Source: Elusimicrobium minutum (lineage in GTDB: Bacteria; Elusimicrobiota; Elusimicrobia; Elusimicrobiales; UBA9959). Taken from it: a stretch of DNA of 64,000 nt. This document shows, one piece after another, positions 19,221 to 28,196 of the stretch. Under the pieces are notes generated by a model. That model made no database searches. It saw only the letters and a list, made by a program, of their open reading frames with translations, and was not told where the DNA came from. A program made the translations under genes and the position numbers. The stretch is from assembly GCA_020723765.1 (NCBI GenBank), contig DYIF01000005.1:713-64712 (forward strand). The letters run 5' to 3'. The first letter of the stretch is position 1; every line of letters begins with the position of its first letter.

Positions 19221-20663
19221 CTACCAGGTATATGTGGAGGGTTTTATTTCTTCCCAGGAACTTTTAATAAGTACAACGTTAAGAGTTGGAAGTTCAAGGT
19301 TTTCATTAAAAAATATAGAAGCATTGTTACCAGATCCTGTGTTTATATCCCCCACAACCCATGCAGCCCCATACATATCAAAAGCCCCGTAAATTTTAAG
19401 AGTTCCACCTACATACAAAAAGCCATAAAGTCCCAAGTCATCTCCTGTTGCCCCTCTTTCACATCCTTGCTCGCAAGAAGAATTACATTGATAATAATAA
19501 GTTCTATCGCACGCTCCAACTTGATATACGAGAGAAGAAGAAGAAATTCCTAAATCTCCGGGATATTGATTTGTAGCCGTAGTATCTATTTTAGCATAAT
19601 CCGTATAAGCACTTTTAGGAACATTTAAAAAAAGAGCTCCTGGACCGCTTTCAGATGAGAGCGCTTGGCCACAGGTATGATATCCTCCATAAGCATCATA
19701 ACCATTTACCTTATACCACGGGCCATAACAATCATCTCCATCTATTCTTAAATCTCCTCTTACAAAAAATGAACCTTTAACTCCAGTATTTTCTATATTA
19801 ACGCTTTTTCCCTCGTCCCAGTACCATAAAAGGTTTTGATTATATCTGACATCGGCATAAATATTTTTTATATAACAGGTATTTTTATCGGCACAGCACT
19901 TATTCTGGTCCCCCGAACAATTGCAAACCATTCTATATGTGGTAGCTGAGGGGGTAAGAGGAGAAGAAGATCTTGCACTTCCACAGTTTAATGTACCATT
20001 TGCAGCGGCAGAGCTTCTTATTTCGGCAAAATCAAACTTTGGTAACTCCGGAACTTCGTATGCGGACCACCATTCCAGATTGTCAGTATTAGGGGGATTC
20101 AAACTGTTATCTCTTGGTTTAACAAGTTGTTTTGAAAATTTTCTTGGAAAATAAACATTATCCGCCCCGTTTGAAAGATTTATCTCACCCCAGGAAAGTA
20201 TAGGCCCCCAGTGAATCGTAGTGCTACCGCTCGGGTTAATTTTAGAACCGCTAAGCATTGCGCCGGCTATAGTTTGATTTCTATAGACCGCTTTTACGGC
20301 CCTTACCTCTTTTGAAGAAGAGTCCCTTCCTTCTCCTATTATAATAACTTCTCTGGGTTGAGTACCGCTCGATATTCTTATTCTATAACTTCCGCCGGGC
20401 ATATCGTTATAAACCGTATCGAAATTATAACCAGAAATAACGCCTCCCAACATAACGCTATTGAAAGTTGTGGTTGAACTTTTTACCTTCCAATAACCTC
20501 TCTCAACTCCGGCCTGAGCTAGGTTAAAAGCTATCGATTTTTTCTGCTCTCTAACCGTTTGCTTTGTATCGTCGGTTATCCAGTTCATAATAACAGGAAC
20601 TATTATAAAAAAAATCACTATAACCGCGGTTAACATAGGCAGTATAAAACCTTTTTTAACCAT
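19221..20663 (-). CDS. PilX-like minor pilin-associated protein, Cys-rich C-terminal half
   Basis: 480 aa. MVKKGFILPMLTAVIVIFFIIVPVI hydrophobic helix without Glu+5, and a PilX_N-like segment LAQAGVERGYWKV. It has many Cys residues (CNCSGDQNKCCADKNTC...). It is the last gene of the pilin cluster. Confidence 0.5.
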   Translation of the reverse strand: MVKKGFILPMLTAVIVIFFIIVPVIMNWITDDTKQTVREQKKSIAFNLAQAGVERGYWKVKSSTTTFNSVMLGGVISGYNFDTVYNDMPGGSYRIRISSGTQPREVIIIGEGRDSSSKEVRAVKAVYRNQTIAGAMLSGSKINPSGSTTIHWGPILSWGEINLSNGADNVYFPRKFSKQLVKPRDNSLNPPNTDNLEWWSAYEVPELPKFDFAEIRSSAAANGTLNCGSARSSSPLTPSATTYRMVCNCSGDQNKCCADKNTCYIKNIYADVRYNQNLLWYWDEGKSVNIENTGVKGSFFVRGDLRIDGDDCYGPWYKVNGYDAYGGYHTCGQALSSESGPGALFLNVPKSAYTDYAKIDTTATNQYPGDLGISSSSLVYQVGACDRTYYYQCNSSCEQGCERGATGDDLGLYGFLYVGGTLKIYGAFDMYGAAWVVGDINTGSGNNASIFFNENLELPTLNVVLIKSSWEEIKPSTYTW

Positions 20664-20672
20664 AAAACCTCT

Positions 20673-21176
20673 CTAATCGTTCATCAACATAACCTTTTCG
20701 CTCGCCATATGCAAAGCTTTTCTTCTTCCGCTAAAAAGCTCCTTTTCAAGAGTCAAAGACAATGAAACTATGCTCATATCGCTGGACTCCGGGAAAGCGA
20801 AAGCTAAATATCTCAAATCCGAAGTCAGTATTTTGACGTTTGTACCGTCTGCCATATAAAGATTTTTTCCGCTTTGATAAAACTGATAGTTTTTATTGTC
20901 TATTGTGGAAAAAGTTATTTTGGAATAAAAAGGCTGAGAAGAATTGTGCCTTGATATGGAAACCGTGGAGGTTTTGGCTTCTCTCAATACTCTGGTAATT
21001 AAAGACATAATGTTTCTTGCGTCCTGCTGTAAAGACAATCTTGTTTTAGACATCATTATATTCTGATTTGCGTTATTTAATAAAGGAACCGCGGCGACCA
21101 CGAGTATTCCTACTATGGCGACCACCGCCATAAGCTCGGTCATAGTAAAACCGGATCTTTTATTAACATTTATCAT
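20673..21176 (-). CDS. type IV pilin / pseudopilin
   Basis: 167 aa. KRSGFTMTELMAVVAIVGILVVAAVPLL is a prepilin cleavage/methylation motif (G|FTxxE). Confidence 0.8.
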   Translation of the reverse strand: MINVNKRSGFTMTELMAVVAIVGILVVAAVPLLNNANQNIMMSKTRLSLQQDARNIMSLITRVLREAKTSTVSISRHNSSQPFYSKITFSTIDNKNYQFYQSGKNLYMADGTNVKILTSDLRYLAFAFPESSDMSIVSLSLTLEKELFSGRRKALHMASEKVMLMND

Positions 21177-21180
21177 AATC

Positions 21181-23703
21181 TTACCACGAAAAATTAATAT
21201 TATTAACCTCCTGACCGGCCAACACGCTTATATTAGTTCTCGAGCTCCAATTTATAGTAAAAGACGAAATGTTTAAATGCGGGTAAAAAGAATAAATATT
21301 ATAAGTCGGGTTAGTTGACTGCCTTACCTCCAAAAGATAATTTCCCTCCTCGTCCGTGGATGTAATATAATAAGGAGCTCCGGAAAGAGTTTGAGAACTT
21401 AAAACCGGCAGAGAAGGAGGAGAGCCGGAAAGAGAAACGGTAGTAACCACTACCAAAACACCGGTTTTTATCGGCTGATTTTGATATTTTACATTTCCTT
21501 TTACATATCCGACCGCGTTTGAAACCGAAAAAGTAGAAGAAAAAACAAGACTTCCGGCGGATGTTATATTAACCGAAGCGGTGGAAGGATTTACGCTTTC
21601 TTTAGAATCAACCATCGGTTGAATTATGTATGTTCCGGTGCTTAAAACATTTGTCGTAAATCTTCCGGTATTATCGGTTATCTGCTGGTCCCTCGGAGCG
21701 TCATACTGATCGTATATTCCTACGGCTATTCCCGGTATGGGAACGGTGCTTCCGGCTATTAAAACTTTGCCGGTTATTCTTCCTCCCTGGTATAAAACGA
21801 AATCCACGCTACTTTTTATTTCTCCGGCGTTTAAACTTATCCCCTGAGAAGATACCGAAACATAACTTGAGTTCAAATTACCCGGGTTTGCGGTCACATC
21901 TATGGTACCGGCCGAGGCCTGAAGAAGATATCTTTTATTCGATCCCACATAGGTATAAGAACCGTCCGAACCCGATATCTTTATAGCCGGCGATATGTTA
22001 TTCCCAAAAGCGTCGGTCACCATACCCGATATATAACCCCACCCAACCTGAGTCGTAAGATATACTGAGTTCAAGGTAATAGTCGAGCCGTTTGTTATCG
22101 TAATCGAATCTATAATCAAAGAGTAATTACCGCTTGAAATCGTACAACTCCAGGTGCCGGTAGATATCTCATTTAATTCGAAATAAGCGTATTGCCTAAT
22201 AGCTCCGGCCAAATAAGAAACGGTAGATATGGAAAGTCCGTCGGAACAACCGACTATGGAGCCGTTTGCGGGAGTGGCGGAAATTACGTTAACAATCGAT
22301 GTTGAGTTTCTGGGAGTTATTGAAATTCCAGAAGAATAATCGTAAAAGTCTACGCTATTGTTATTTGAGTCATATGCCGGGCCATAAGATGTGGAAACAG
22401 AATAAGTCGAAGAATATCTCACATACTGTTCTCCCTGTTGTAATCCTATATTTTGAGGTATCGGAGATGTTTCATAAAAAGGAGCGTTTTTTTTACCGCT
22501 TGCTCCGTCGTTTCTGTTCCACCCTACCTGATCTAAAATTTTGTCGTCTGGTATAACATAAAGCTCTATTGCTCCTCCCCCCTCGTCCGGACCCTCGCCG
22601 AATATCGGTATTATGCTATATTTTGAAAGCGATGGATTAAAATATGGAAAGTCGGTTGATGAGTTTCCATTCGACCATACCGCGTCGGCGTTTATGTTCG
22701 TACCGTTTATTGTAATCGTATTTGTATTTGCAAAAAGATAAAAACCACCTGGTTGTATATAATCTGTAAAGTAATTTATTTGTATATATTTTTTATTCGT
22801 ATCGTATATTCTTTGAAATCTAAGCCCTATATTCCCATTAACAAGCCATGAGTATGTGGTGGGATTGTAAATCTCTATATACTCCTGTTCAAAACCCGAA
22901 GGGCTTACCGTAGAACCGACAACCTGACTTATTACCAAATGCTCCCTTAACCAAGGCACACCAGTCATCTTACCATAACCCATTTTATTAAGCTCTATTG
23001 TTTTACTAAGCGTTTGTTCTGGAGATATCGAAAAAGTTCCTAAATAAGGAAAATAACCTCTGGCCTCCACATATATTGTGTAGTTACCCGGAACTATGTT
23101 TATTCTATAATTTCCATTGTTATCACTTACATCTCTTAATCCCATATACTCCACTATGTTTATAAGAGCATTAGGTATAGGGTTATAATTAGACTTATCT
23201 CTAACAATACCGGTTATCACCGCATTAGACATAACCGTATCTCTGTTGGTGTATATGGTTGAAATCTGAACCTTCTTTTTTTCTCCTTTTCTCTCCCAAA
23301 CAACTGTAACAGTAATCTTTTTCATACCGGTATCCGGCGTTTGAGGAGGAAGTTCAGTAATAACACCTCCACTCTCTACTACTGGAAGTATATAAGTATA
23401 TCTTTTATAATAAACTCCCGCTTCAAGAATAGTTTCCGGCGGAAAATAAAGAGTATCATAAGGAACCGGCGGATTAAACTCGTTTATATAAGCGATAGAG
23501 GTTGAAGGAATCACTTTATAGTAAAGTTTTTCTCTTATAATTTGTATCTTTTCCTGCGCTAGATTTGTAGCTATCGCTCTATCTTTTGAAAATTGTATGG
23601 CTTTTTGCATAGAACCAAAGGTTTCTACTATTACGAACATAACGATAGAAACAATTACCACGCTTACCATCAGCTCAGTTATAGTAAAACCTTTTTTATT
23701 CAT
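21181..23703 (-). CDS. giant pilin-like protein: prepilin N-terminus + CarboxypepD_reg-like repeats + lamin-tail-like domain
   Basis: 840 aa. Prepilin motif MNKKGFTITELMVSVVIVSIV. CarboxypepD_reg-like segments ITGIVRD..DNNGNYRINIVPGNYTIYVEARGY and ITGKVL..TDNTGRFTTNVLSTGTYIIQP. LTD-like segment LVISQVVG...EYIEIYNPT...IELYV..ILDQVGW. Confidence 0.75.
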   Translation of the reverse strand: MNKKGFTITELMVSVVIVSIVMFVIVETFGSMQKAIQFSKDRAIATNLAQEKIQIIREKLYYKVIPSTSIAYINEFNPPVPYDTLYFPPETILEAGVYYKRYTYILPVVESGGVITELPPQTPDTGMKKITVTVVWERKGEKKKVQISTIYTNRDTVMSNAVITGIVRDKSNYNPIPNALINIVEYMGLRDVSDNNGNYRINIVPGNYTIYVEARGYFPYLGTFSISPEQTLSKTIELNKMGYGKMTGVPWLREHLVISQVVGSTVSPSGFEQEYIEIYNPTTYSWLVNGNIGLRFQRIYDTNKKYIQINYFTDYIQPGGFYLFANTNTITINGTNINADAVWSNGNSSTDFPYFNPSLSKYSIIPIFGEGPDEGGGAIELYVIPDDKILDQVGWNRNDGASGKKNAPFYETSPIPQNIGLQQGEQYVRYSSTYSVSTSYGPAYDSNNNSVDFYDYSSGISITPRNSTSIVNVISATPANGSIVGCSDGLSISTVSYLAGAIRQYAYFELNEISTGTWSCTISSGNYSLIIDSITITNGSTITLNSVYLTTQVGWGYISGMVTDAFGNNISPAIKISGSDGSYTYVGSNKRYLLQASAGTIDVTANPGNLNSSYVSVSSQGISLNAGEIKSSVDFVLYQGGRITGKVLIAGSTVPIPGIAVGIYDQYDAPRDQQITDNTGRFTTNVLSTGTYIIQPMVDSKESVNPSTASVNITSAGSLVFSSTFSVSNAVGYVKGNVKYQNQPIKTGVLVVVTTVSLSGSPPSLPVLSSQTLSGAPYYITSTDEEGNYLLEVRQSTNPTYNIYSFYPHLNISSFTINWSSRTNISVLAGQEVNNINFSW

Positions 23704-23721
23704 AAAAATACCATTTATTAT

Positions 23722-23750
23722 AGTTTATACTCAATGAAATATTAAGTCAA
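23722..23750 (-). promoter_or_regulatory. candidate sigma70-type promoter of the pilin cluster
   Basis: Minus strand reads TTGACT-N17-TAAACT, ending about 18 nt upstream of the 840-aa ORF start codon. No clear SD follows. Confidence 0.35.
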
Positions 23751-23835
23751 GAGGAAATTAGAGGCAGTTGGAGATATCCAATCTTTTTAATTAAAAAATT
23801 ATTTTTTTAAAAATCGAGATAATCAAATCGTCAAA

Positions 23836-23985
23836 TTACTGCTCTACTCTTGTTCTTGTTACAAGGATGTAATTGACCAGTTTATTTGTGGAATCCAGCA
23901 TTTTTTTCCAGTTATCAGTTTTCTTATCATAAACGATAAATTTTTTTTCGTTTATTCTTTTTTTGATTAACTCTTTATAAACCAT
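23836..23985 (-). CDS. small hypothetical protein (49 aa), below the ORF-track cutoff
   Basis: Hand translation: a GAGGGGGAAG SD followed by ATG, giving MVYKELIKKRINEKKFIVYDKKTDNWKKMLDSTNKLVNYILVTRTRVEQ*. It is preceded by a strong promoter-like element. Coordinates +/-2 nt. Confidence 0.4.
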   Translation of the reverse strand: MVYKELIKKRINEKKFIVYDKKTDNWKKMLDSTNKLVNYILVTRTRVEQ

Positions 23986-24010
23986 ACTTCCCCCTCTAAA
24001 CCTTGTTTAT

Positions 24011-24038
24011 ATTATAACATAACTTTTAATTTTGTAAA
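24011..24038 (-). promoter_or_regulatory. candidate strong sigma70-type promoter with extended -10
   Basis: Minus strand reads TTTACA-N16-TATAAT with TGT immediately upstream of the -10 (TGnTATAAT). It lies about 25 nt upstream of the small-ORF start codon. Confidence 0.45.
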
Positions 24039-24133
24039 CCGACTAAAGTTTGTTTATTATATAGGAAAAAAGTCCCAAACAAATTGAAACAGTTTTTTGA
24101 GTAATCTCAAAAAAAACAACAAATAAAATATAT

Positions 24134-24862
24134 TTATTTTTCCCTAGCCTTTTCTATAAGTTCTTTCGGATATCCTATGTCTAAAACCTTTAAAATACCT
24201 ATATTTTTTTGAGCGTGATTTGCCATAAGTCCTGATTTGGGAAGCCCTAAAGTCAAGGTCATTTTGGCAGTTATAAAAACCCCCGTGTGATGGCCGGTAT
24301 CGGGATTAATTCCAGAGGGCATATCTATTGCTATTATGTCTTTGCTGGATTTGTTTGCAATCTGTATAAGCCTTTTAACCACACCTACAGGTTTTCCCAC
24401 CGCGCTTACGCCTAAAAGAGCGTCAATTATAAGATCCGAAGAAAATATTTCTTTTTCCGCTTCTTCCAAATTTTTAAAATCACACAATTTTATAAAAATG
24501 TTTTTTTCTTTAGCTTTCTCTAAATTTTTTACTACCAGCTCCCCATATCCTTTATCTGAAGGAGAAACCATAAAAATCTTTACGTTAAATTTTTTTTCGT
24601 TTAAGTATCTCGCGCAAACAAGCCCATCGCCTCCGTTATTACCTCTTCCGCATAATACCGATATTTTTATATCTTTTAAATCTTTATTAAAATTTTCGCC
24701 GATATAATTTATAATTTCTAATGCACAGGACCTTCCGGCGTTTTCCATAAGAACTTCAGAAGGTATTGAATAATCTAGACTGGCTATCCTATCTATGTAT
24801 TTCATTTTTTCCGAGGTTACCACTGGGAAACCGTTGTACTCTTTAATCTGAGGAATTTTCAT
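24134..24862 (-). CDS. nnrE: NAD(P)H-hydrate epimerase (YjeF N-terminal domain only)
   Basis: 242 aa. The GRGNNGGDGLVCARYL motif of the YjeF_N family. ATGA overlap with the polX stop. Confidence 0.85.
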   Translation of the reverse strand: MKIPQIKEYNGFPVVTSEKMKYIDRIASLDYSIPSEVLMENAGRSCALEIINYIGENFNKDLKDIKISVLCGRGNNGGDGLVCARYLNEKKFNVKIFMVSPSDKGYGELVVKNLEKAKEKNIFIKLCDFKNLEEAEKEIFSSDLIIDALLGVSAVGKPVGVVKRLIQIANKSSKDIIAIDMPSGINPDTGHHTGVFITAKMTLTLGLPKSGLMANHAQKNIGILKVLDIGYPKELIEKAREK

Positions 24863-26592
24863 AATCCTCCTCTCTTTTTTCTGTTCTCTTTTATGAAGTT
24901 TTTAAAATCTTTATAACTTAAACAGTTCAAAAGATCATCCTTACAAAGCCCAGCTCTCCTTGCATTGTTTAAAGCGTAGGAAATGTAATCGAATTGCTCT
25001 AAAGAATGAGCGTCCGAAGACAGAACCAATTTTAAACCCAAAGATTTTGCTTTTTTTATATTAACATCTTTTAAATCTAATCTATCCGGCTGGCCGTTTA
25101 TCTCAAAAACCGCGTTGCTTTTATATGCGGCATCAAACACCGCTTCGTAATCCATATCCATCTCTTCTCTTTCCATTATAATTCTTTGAGTTAAATGAGC
25201 CACCACATCGCAATAAGGGTTTGTTAAGGCTCTTATAACTCTTCTTGTTTGCTCGTCTTTATTCAATCTTAAAGATGTATGAACCGCCCCTATAACAAGA
25301 GAAATTTCCTTCAACTCTTCGTCTTTAAAGGCAAGGTTTCCGTCTTTTAATATTTCAGTTTCTATGGACCTGTCGAATTGTTTGTTCGAATATTTTCGGG
25401 ATATATCCGACACTTCTTTTCGACTCGATATGTATTTTTTAAAGTCAAGCCCCTTTACAAAATTTAGCGGAACCGAATGGTCTCCTACAAAAGACCATTC
25501 GTATCTTTTTGCCAAAAAATCTATTACTTCTTCTACGGAGTTGGCTCCGTCGGTGTATGAGGTATGGCAATGTATATCCCCTTTTATATCGGATATATCC
25601 ACGAGTTTCGGTATTTTATACTTTATGGCAAGCTCTATCTCTCCGCTATCCTCTCTAAGTTCGGGCGGTATGTATTGAAGCCCCAATTTTTCGTATATTT
25701 CCTTTTCGTCCCACCCAGCTATTTTTTCTTTCGAACCGTAATTTTTAAAAAGTCCGTATTCGTTTAAAATAAAATTATTTTTATTGGCTATTTCTCTTAA
25801 CCTTATATTATGTTGTTTTGAACCCGTAAAATAACAAAGAGCAGCGCCGTATTCGTCTTTTTTAAAAACTCTGAAATCGCACTGGATTTCGCCGTTTAAA
25901 ATAACCGAGGCTTTAAGTTCCCCTTCGGACAAAACCATTTTTACAAAAGGCGATTTTATAAAATCTTTTATGGCTTTTTGGTTTCCGACGCATAATATGT
26001 CTATGTCTCCCACCGTTTCTTTGCATCTTCTAAGACTTCCGGCGTATTCTATGTTTTCATAACCTAAATTTTTCATGTAATCGATAATTTCCAAAGCCAT
26101 CCTTTTTGCGGTATGGAAAAGAAATCTCTTCGGCATATCAATCTTTTTTTCTATCGATTCTATTATCGATTTCTCTATTTTTTCTCCAAACCCGTCTATT
26201 TCTTTTATTTTGCCTTTTTTGGCAAACTCCAAAAGTTTATTGACCGAATCTATATGAAACTTTTCATATAAAACCTTGACCCTCCTGGCTCCAAGACCCC
26301 TTAAATTCACTATTTCTAAAATCCCGGGCGGATACTTCGATTTTAGCTCTTCAAACTCTTCAAAGGTCCCGTTGGATTTTATTTCTTTTATATGCGAGGC
26401 TATGCCTTTCCCTATTCCTCTTATCGAAAGAAGTTCCTCTTCTTTCATTTCTAAAACATTCTTTTCAAGATTCGCGATTACGTTGGCCGCTTTTTGATAA
26501 GCTCTTATTTTAAATATGTTATCGCCGTTTAGTTCGCACAAAACCGACATCTGCTCGAATATGGAAGATATTTCCCGATTTGTTTTAGGCAT
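24859..26592 (-). CDS. polX: family X DNA polymerase with C-terminal PHP domain
   Basis: The ORF track runs to 26631. The likely start is Met14 (26592): MPKTNREISSIFEQMSVLCELNGDNIFKIRAYQKAA. It has Pol-beta-like HhH regions, GSLRRCKETVGDIDIL, and the PHP motif GDIHCHTSYTDG. Confidence 0.85.
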   Translation of the reverse strand: MPKTNREISSIFEQMSVLCELNGDNIFKIRAYQKAANVIANLEKNVLEMKEEELLSIRGIGKGIASHIKEIKSNGTFEEFEELKSKYPPGILEIVNLRGLGARRVKVLYEKFHIDSVNKLLEFAKKGKIKEIDGFGEKIEKSIIESIEKKIDMPKRFLFHTAKRMALEIIDYMKNLGYENIEYAGSLRRCKETVGDIDILCVGNQKAIKDFIKSPFVKMVLSEGELKASVILNGEIQCDFRVFKKDEYGAALCYFTGSKQHNIRLREIANKNNFILNEYGLFKNYGSKEKIAGWDEKEIYEKLGLQYIPPELREDSGEIELAIKYKIPKLVDISDIKGDIHCHTSYTDGANSVEEVIDFLAKRYEWSFVGDHSVPLNFVKGLDFKKYISSRKEVSDISRKYSNKQFDRSIETEILKDGNLAFKDEELKEISLVIGAVHTSLRLNKDEQTRRVIRALTNPYCDVVAHLTQRIIMEREEMDMDYEAVFDAAYKSNAVFEINGQPDRLDLKDVNIKKAKSLGLKLVLSSDAHSLEQFDYISYALNNARRAGLCKDDLLNCLSYKDFKNFIKENRKKRGGL

Positions 26593-27112
26593 ATATCTTA
26601 ACGAACGCCATAACCGAGACCGCAACCACAAAAACCACGCCGACGGTTATTATAAGTATGTGAGGGAAAAAGATGGCTATCAAAGAATTTATAAAACCCA
26701 ACCCCGTTTTTTTCTTAACAAGCCATATTCTAAAAATCCATATTGCCAAAAAAACGAGAAACAAACCTTTCAAAAAAGCCGATTTTAACAGGCCGGCCGA
26801 AGCGAAATAATATAAAGGAATAAACAAAAGCGTAAGGTATTCGGTCATTCCGTAAAAATAAAAAAGCTCTTTGGCTCTTATATGTTGTTCGGTCTGAATA
26901 TCTATATAAAGAGAAGTTATCGCTGAAAAAACGAAATTGAAAACGAAAAAAACGCTCGCAATGAGTATAAAAATCATCAAGCTAAATTCGTATTTATAAG
27001 TCAAAAGCAAAGAAACGTAAAAATTCAAAGCGCCTATGAAATAACCAAGCGAAGAAATAAAAGAATACTTCGAACCGAAAAAATCTTTTAATTCCGAATA
27101 AACCTTTTCCAT
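26585..27112 (-). CDS. polytopic membrane protein, unknown function
   Basis: 175 aa with five or more hydrophobic helices. No recognisable motif. It sits between sppA and polX in the same operon-like run. Confidence 0.5.
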   Translation of the reverse strand: MEKVYSELKDFFGSKYSFISSLGYFIGALNFYVSLLLTYKYEFSLMIFILIASVFFVFNFVFSAITSLYIDIQTEQHIRAKELFYFYGMTEYLTLLFIPLYYFASAGLLKSAFLKGLFLVFLAIWIFRIWLVKKKTGLGFINSLIAIFFPHILIITVGVVFVVAVSVMAFVKIYA

Positions 27113-27114
27113 AA

Positions 27115-28119
27115 TTAAAAAGAAAATCTATATTCCAGCTTGGGGTAATTATCCGCGGAAGCGAAAGAAAATATCGCAAGCTTGGAATCTATCGCCTGAA
27201 ATATATCTTCGAATATGCTAACCTTAGCTTTTACTACCGACGGATTTTTCCCTATACCCGCCATAACTCCCGCCTCGTCTATGGCGTCGTAAAGATCTCC
27301 TATCTTATCCACAAGTCCCAACTGATAGGCTTGAGAACCCGTAAATATTCTGCCGTCCGCAATATCTTTAACTTTGTTTTTATCCATCTTTCTTCCCGAG
27401 GCCACCACATCCACGAATATGCCGTACGTATCGTCTATCATATCCTGCAAAAGCGCTCTTTCTTCCTTAGTCATTTCTCTCGAAAAAGAACCTATGTCTT
27501 TAAATTTTCCGGATTTTACCGTATTGGATTTAAGACCTATTTTTTTGAAAAGCTCTTCGCCTTGAGTGGTAGAGAATATCACTCCTATAGAACCGGTTAT
27601 GGTACCGCTGTTTGAGATTATTTTGTCGCAGGCCATAGCGACATAAAAACCGCCGCTTGCCGCCACGTCTCCAAAATGAGCCACCACCGGCTTTTTATAC
27701 TGTTCTTTTATCTTTTTTATCATCGAATATATTTCCTGAACCGCTCCGACGCTCCCGCCGGGAGAGTTTATATCTAACACTATGGCTTTTATGTTTTTAT
27801 CCTCGCCGTATTTTTTTATCATATTTACTACAAGATCGCTTCCTTTATCCGAAATCCCGGAATCTCTTTTATATATCGCCCCGTAAATAGGTATCAAAGC
27901 CACTTTGTTTTTGTTATCCTTTTTAATCGTGGATATGGCGTCGGAATCTATTTTTACCTTTTTTGTTTTGGATATGATGTTCAAAGAAATAAATATCGAA
28001 ACTCCGTATAAAATAACAAAAATAAAAAATATGTAAAAAAGCGGAGTAAGAGGAGTTTTTTTGACCTCTTTTTTTGTTTCCGCTTTAGAATTTTCCGCCG
28101 GAAGTTGATTTTCTTCCAT
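27115..28119 (-). CDS. sppA: signal peptide peptidase SppA (36K type, peptidase S49)
   Basis: The ORF track runs to 28146. A GGGAGGAG SD precedes Met10 (28119). It has an N-terminal TM, NSPGGSVGAVQEI, and AASGGFYVAMACDKI (Ser nucleophile context). Confidence 0.85.
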   Translation of the reverse strand: MEENQLPAENSKAETKKEVKKTPLTPLFYIFFIFVILYGVSIFISLNIISKTKKVKIDSDAISTIKKDNKNKVALIPIYGAIYKRDSGISDKGSDLVVNMIKKYGEDKNIKAIVLDINSPGGSVGAVQEIYSMIKKIKEQYKKPVVAHFGDVAASGGFYVAMACDKIISNSGTITGSIGVIFSTTQGEELFKKIGLKSNTVKSGKFKDIGSFSREMTKEERALLQDMIDDTYGIFVDVVASGRKMDKNKVKDIADGRIFTGSQAYQLGLVDKIGDLYDAIDEAGVMAGIGKNPSVVKAKVSIFEDIFQAIDSKLAIFSFASADNYPKLEYRFSF

Positions 28120-28196
28120 TACTCCTCCCTTTTCAATATTATACAAAAAACCGGGTTTATAAATTAAAACATTTTCGTAAATGATATAATTTAATT

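Noticed and set aside
19198-19553. Two overlapping plus-strand ORFs (64 and 115 aa) at the 3' end of the PilX-like gene
   Set aside because: They are fully antisense to the 480-aa ORF, which continues the co-oriented pilin operon. They have no SD or motif.
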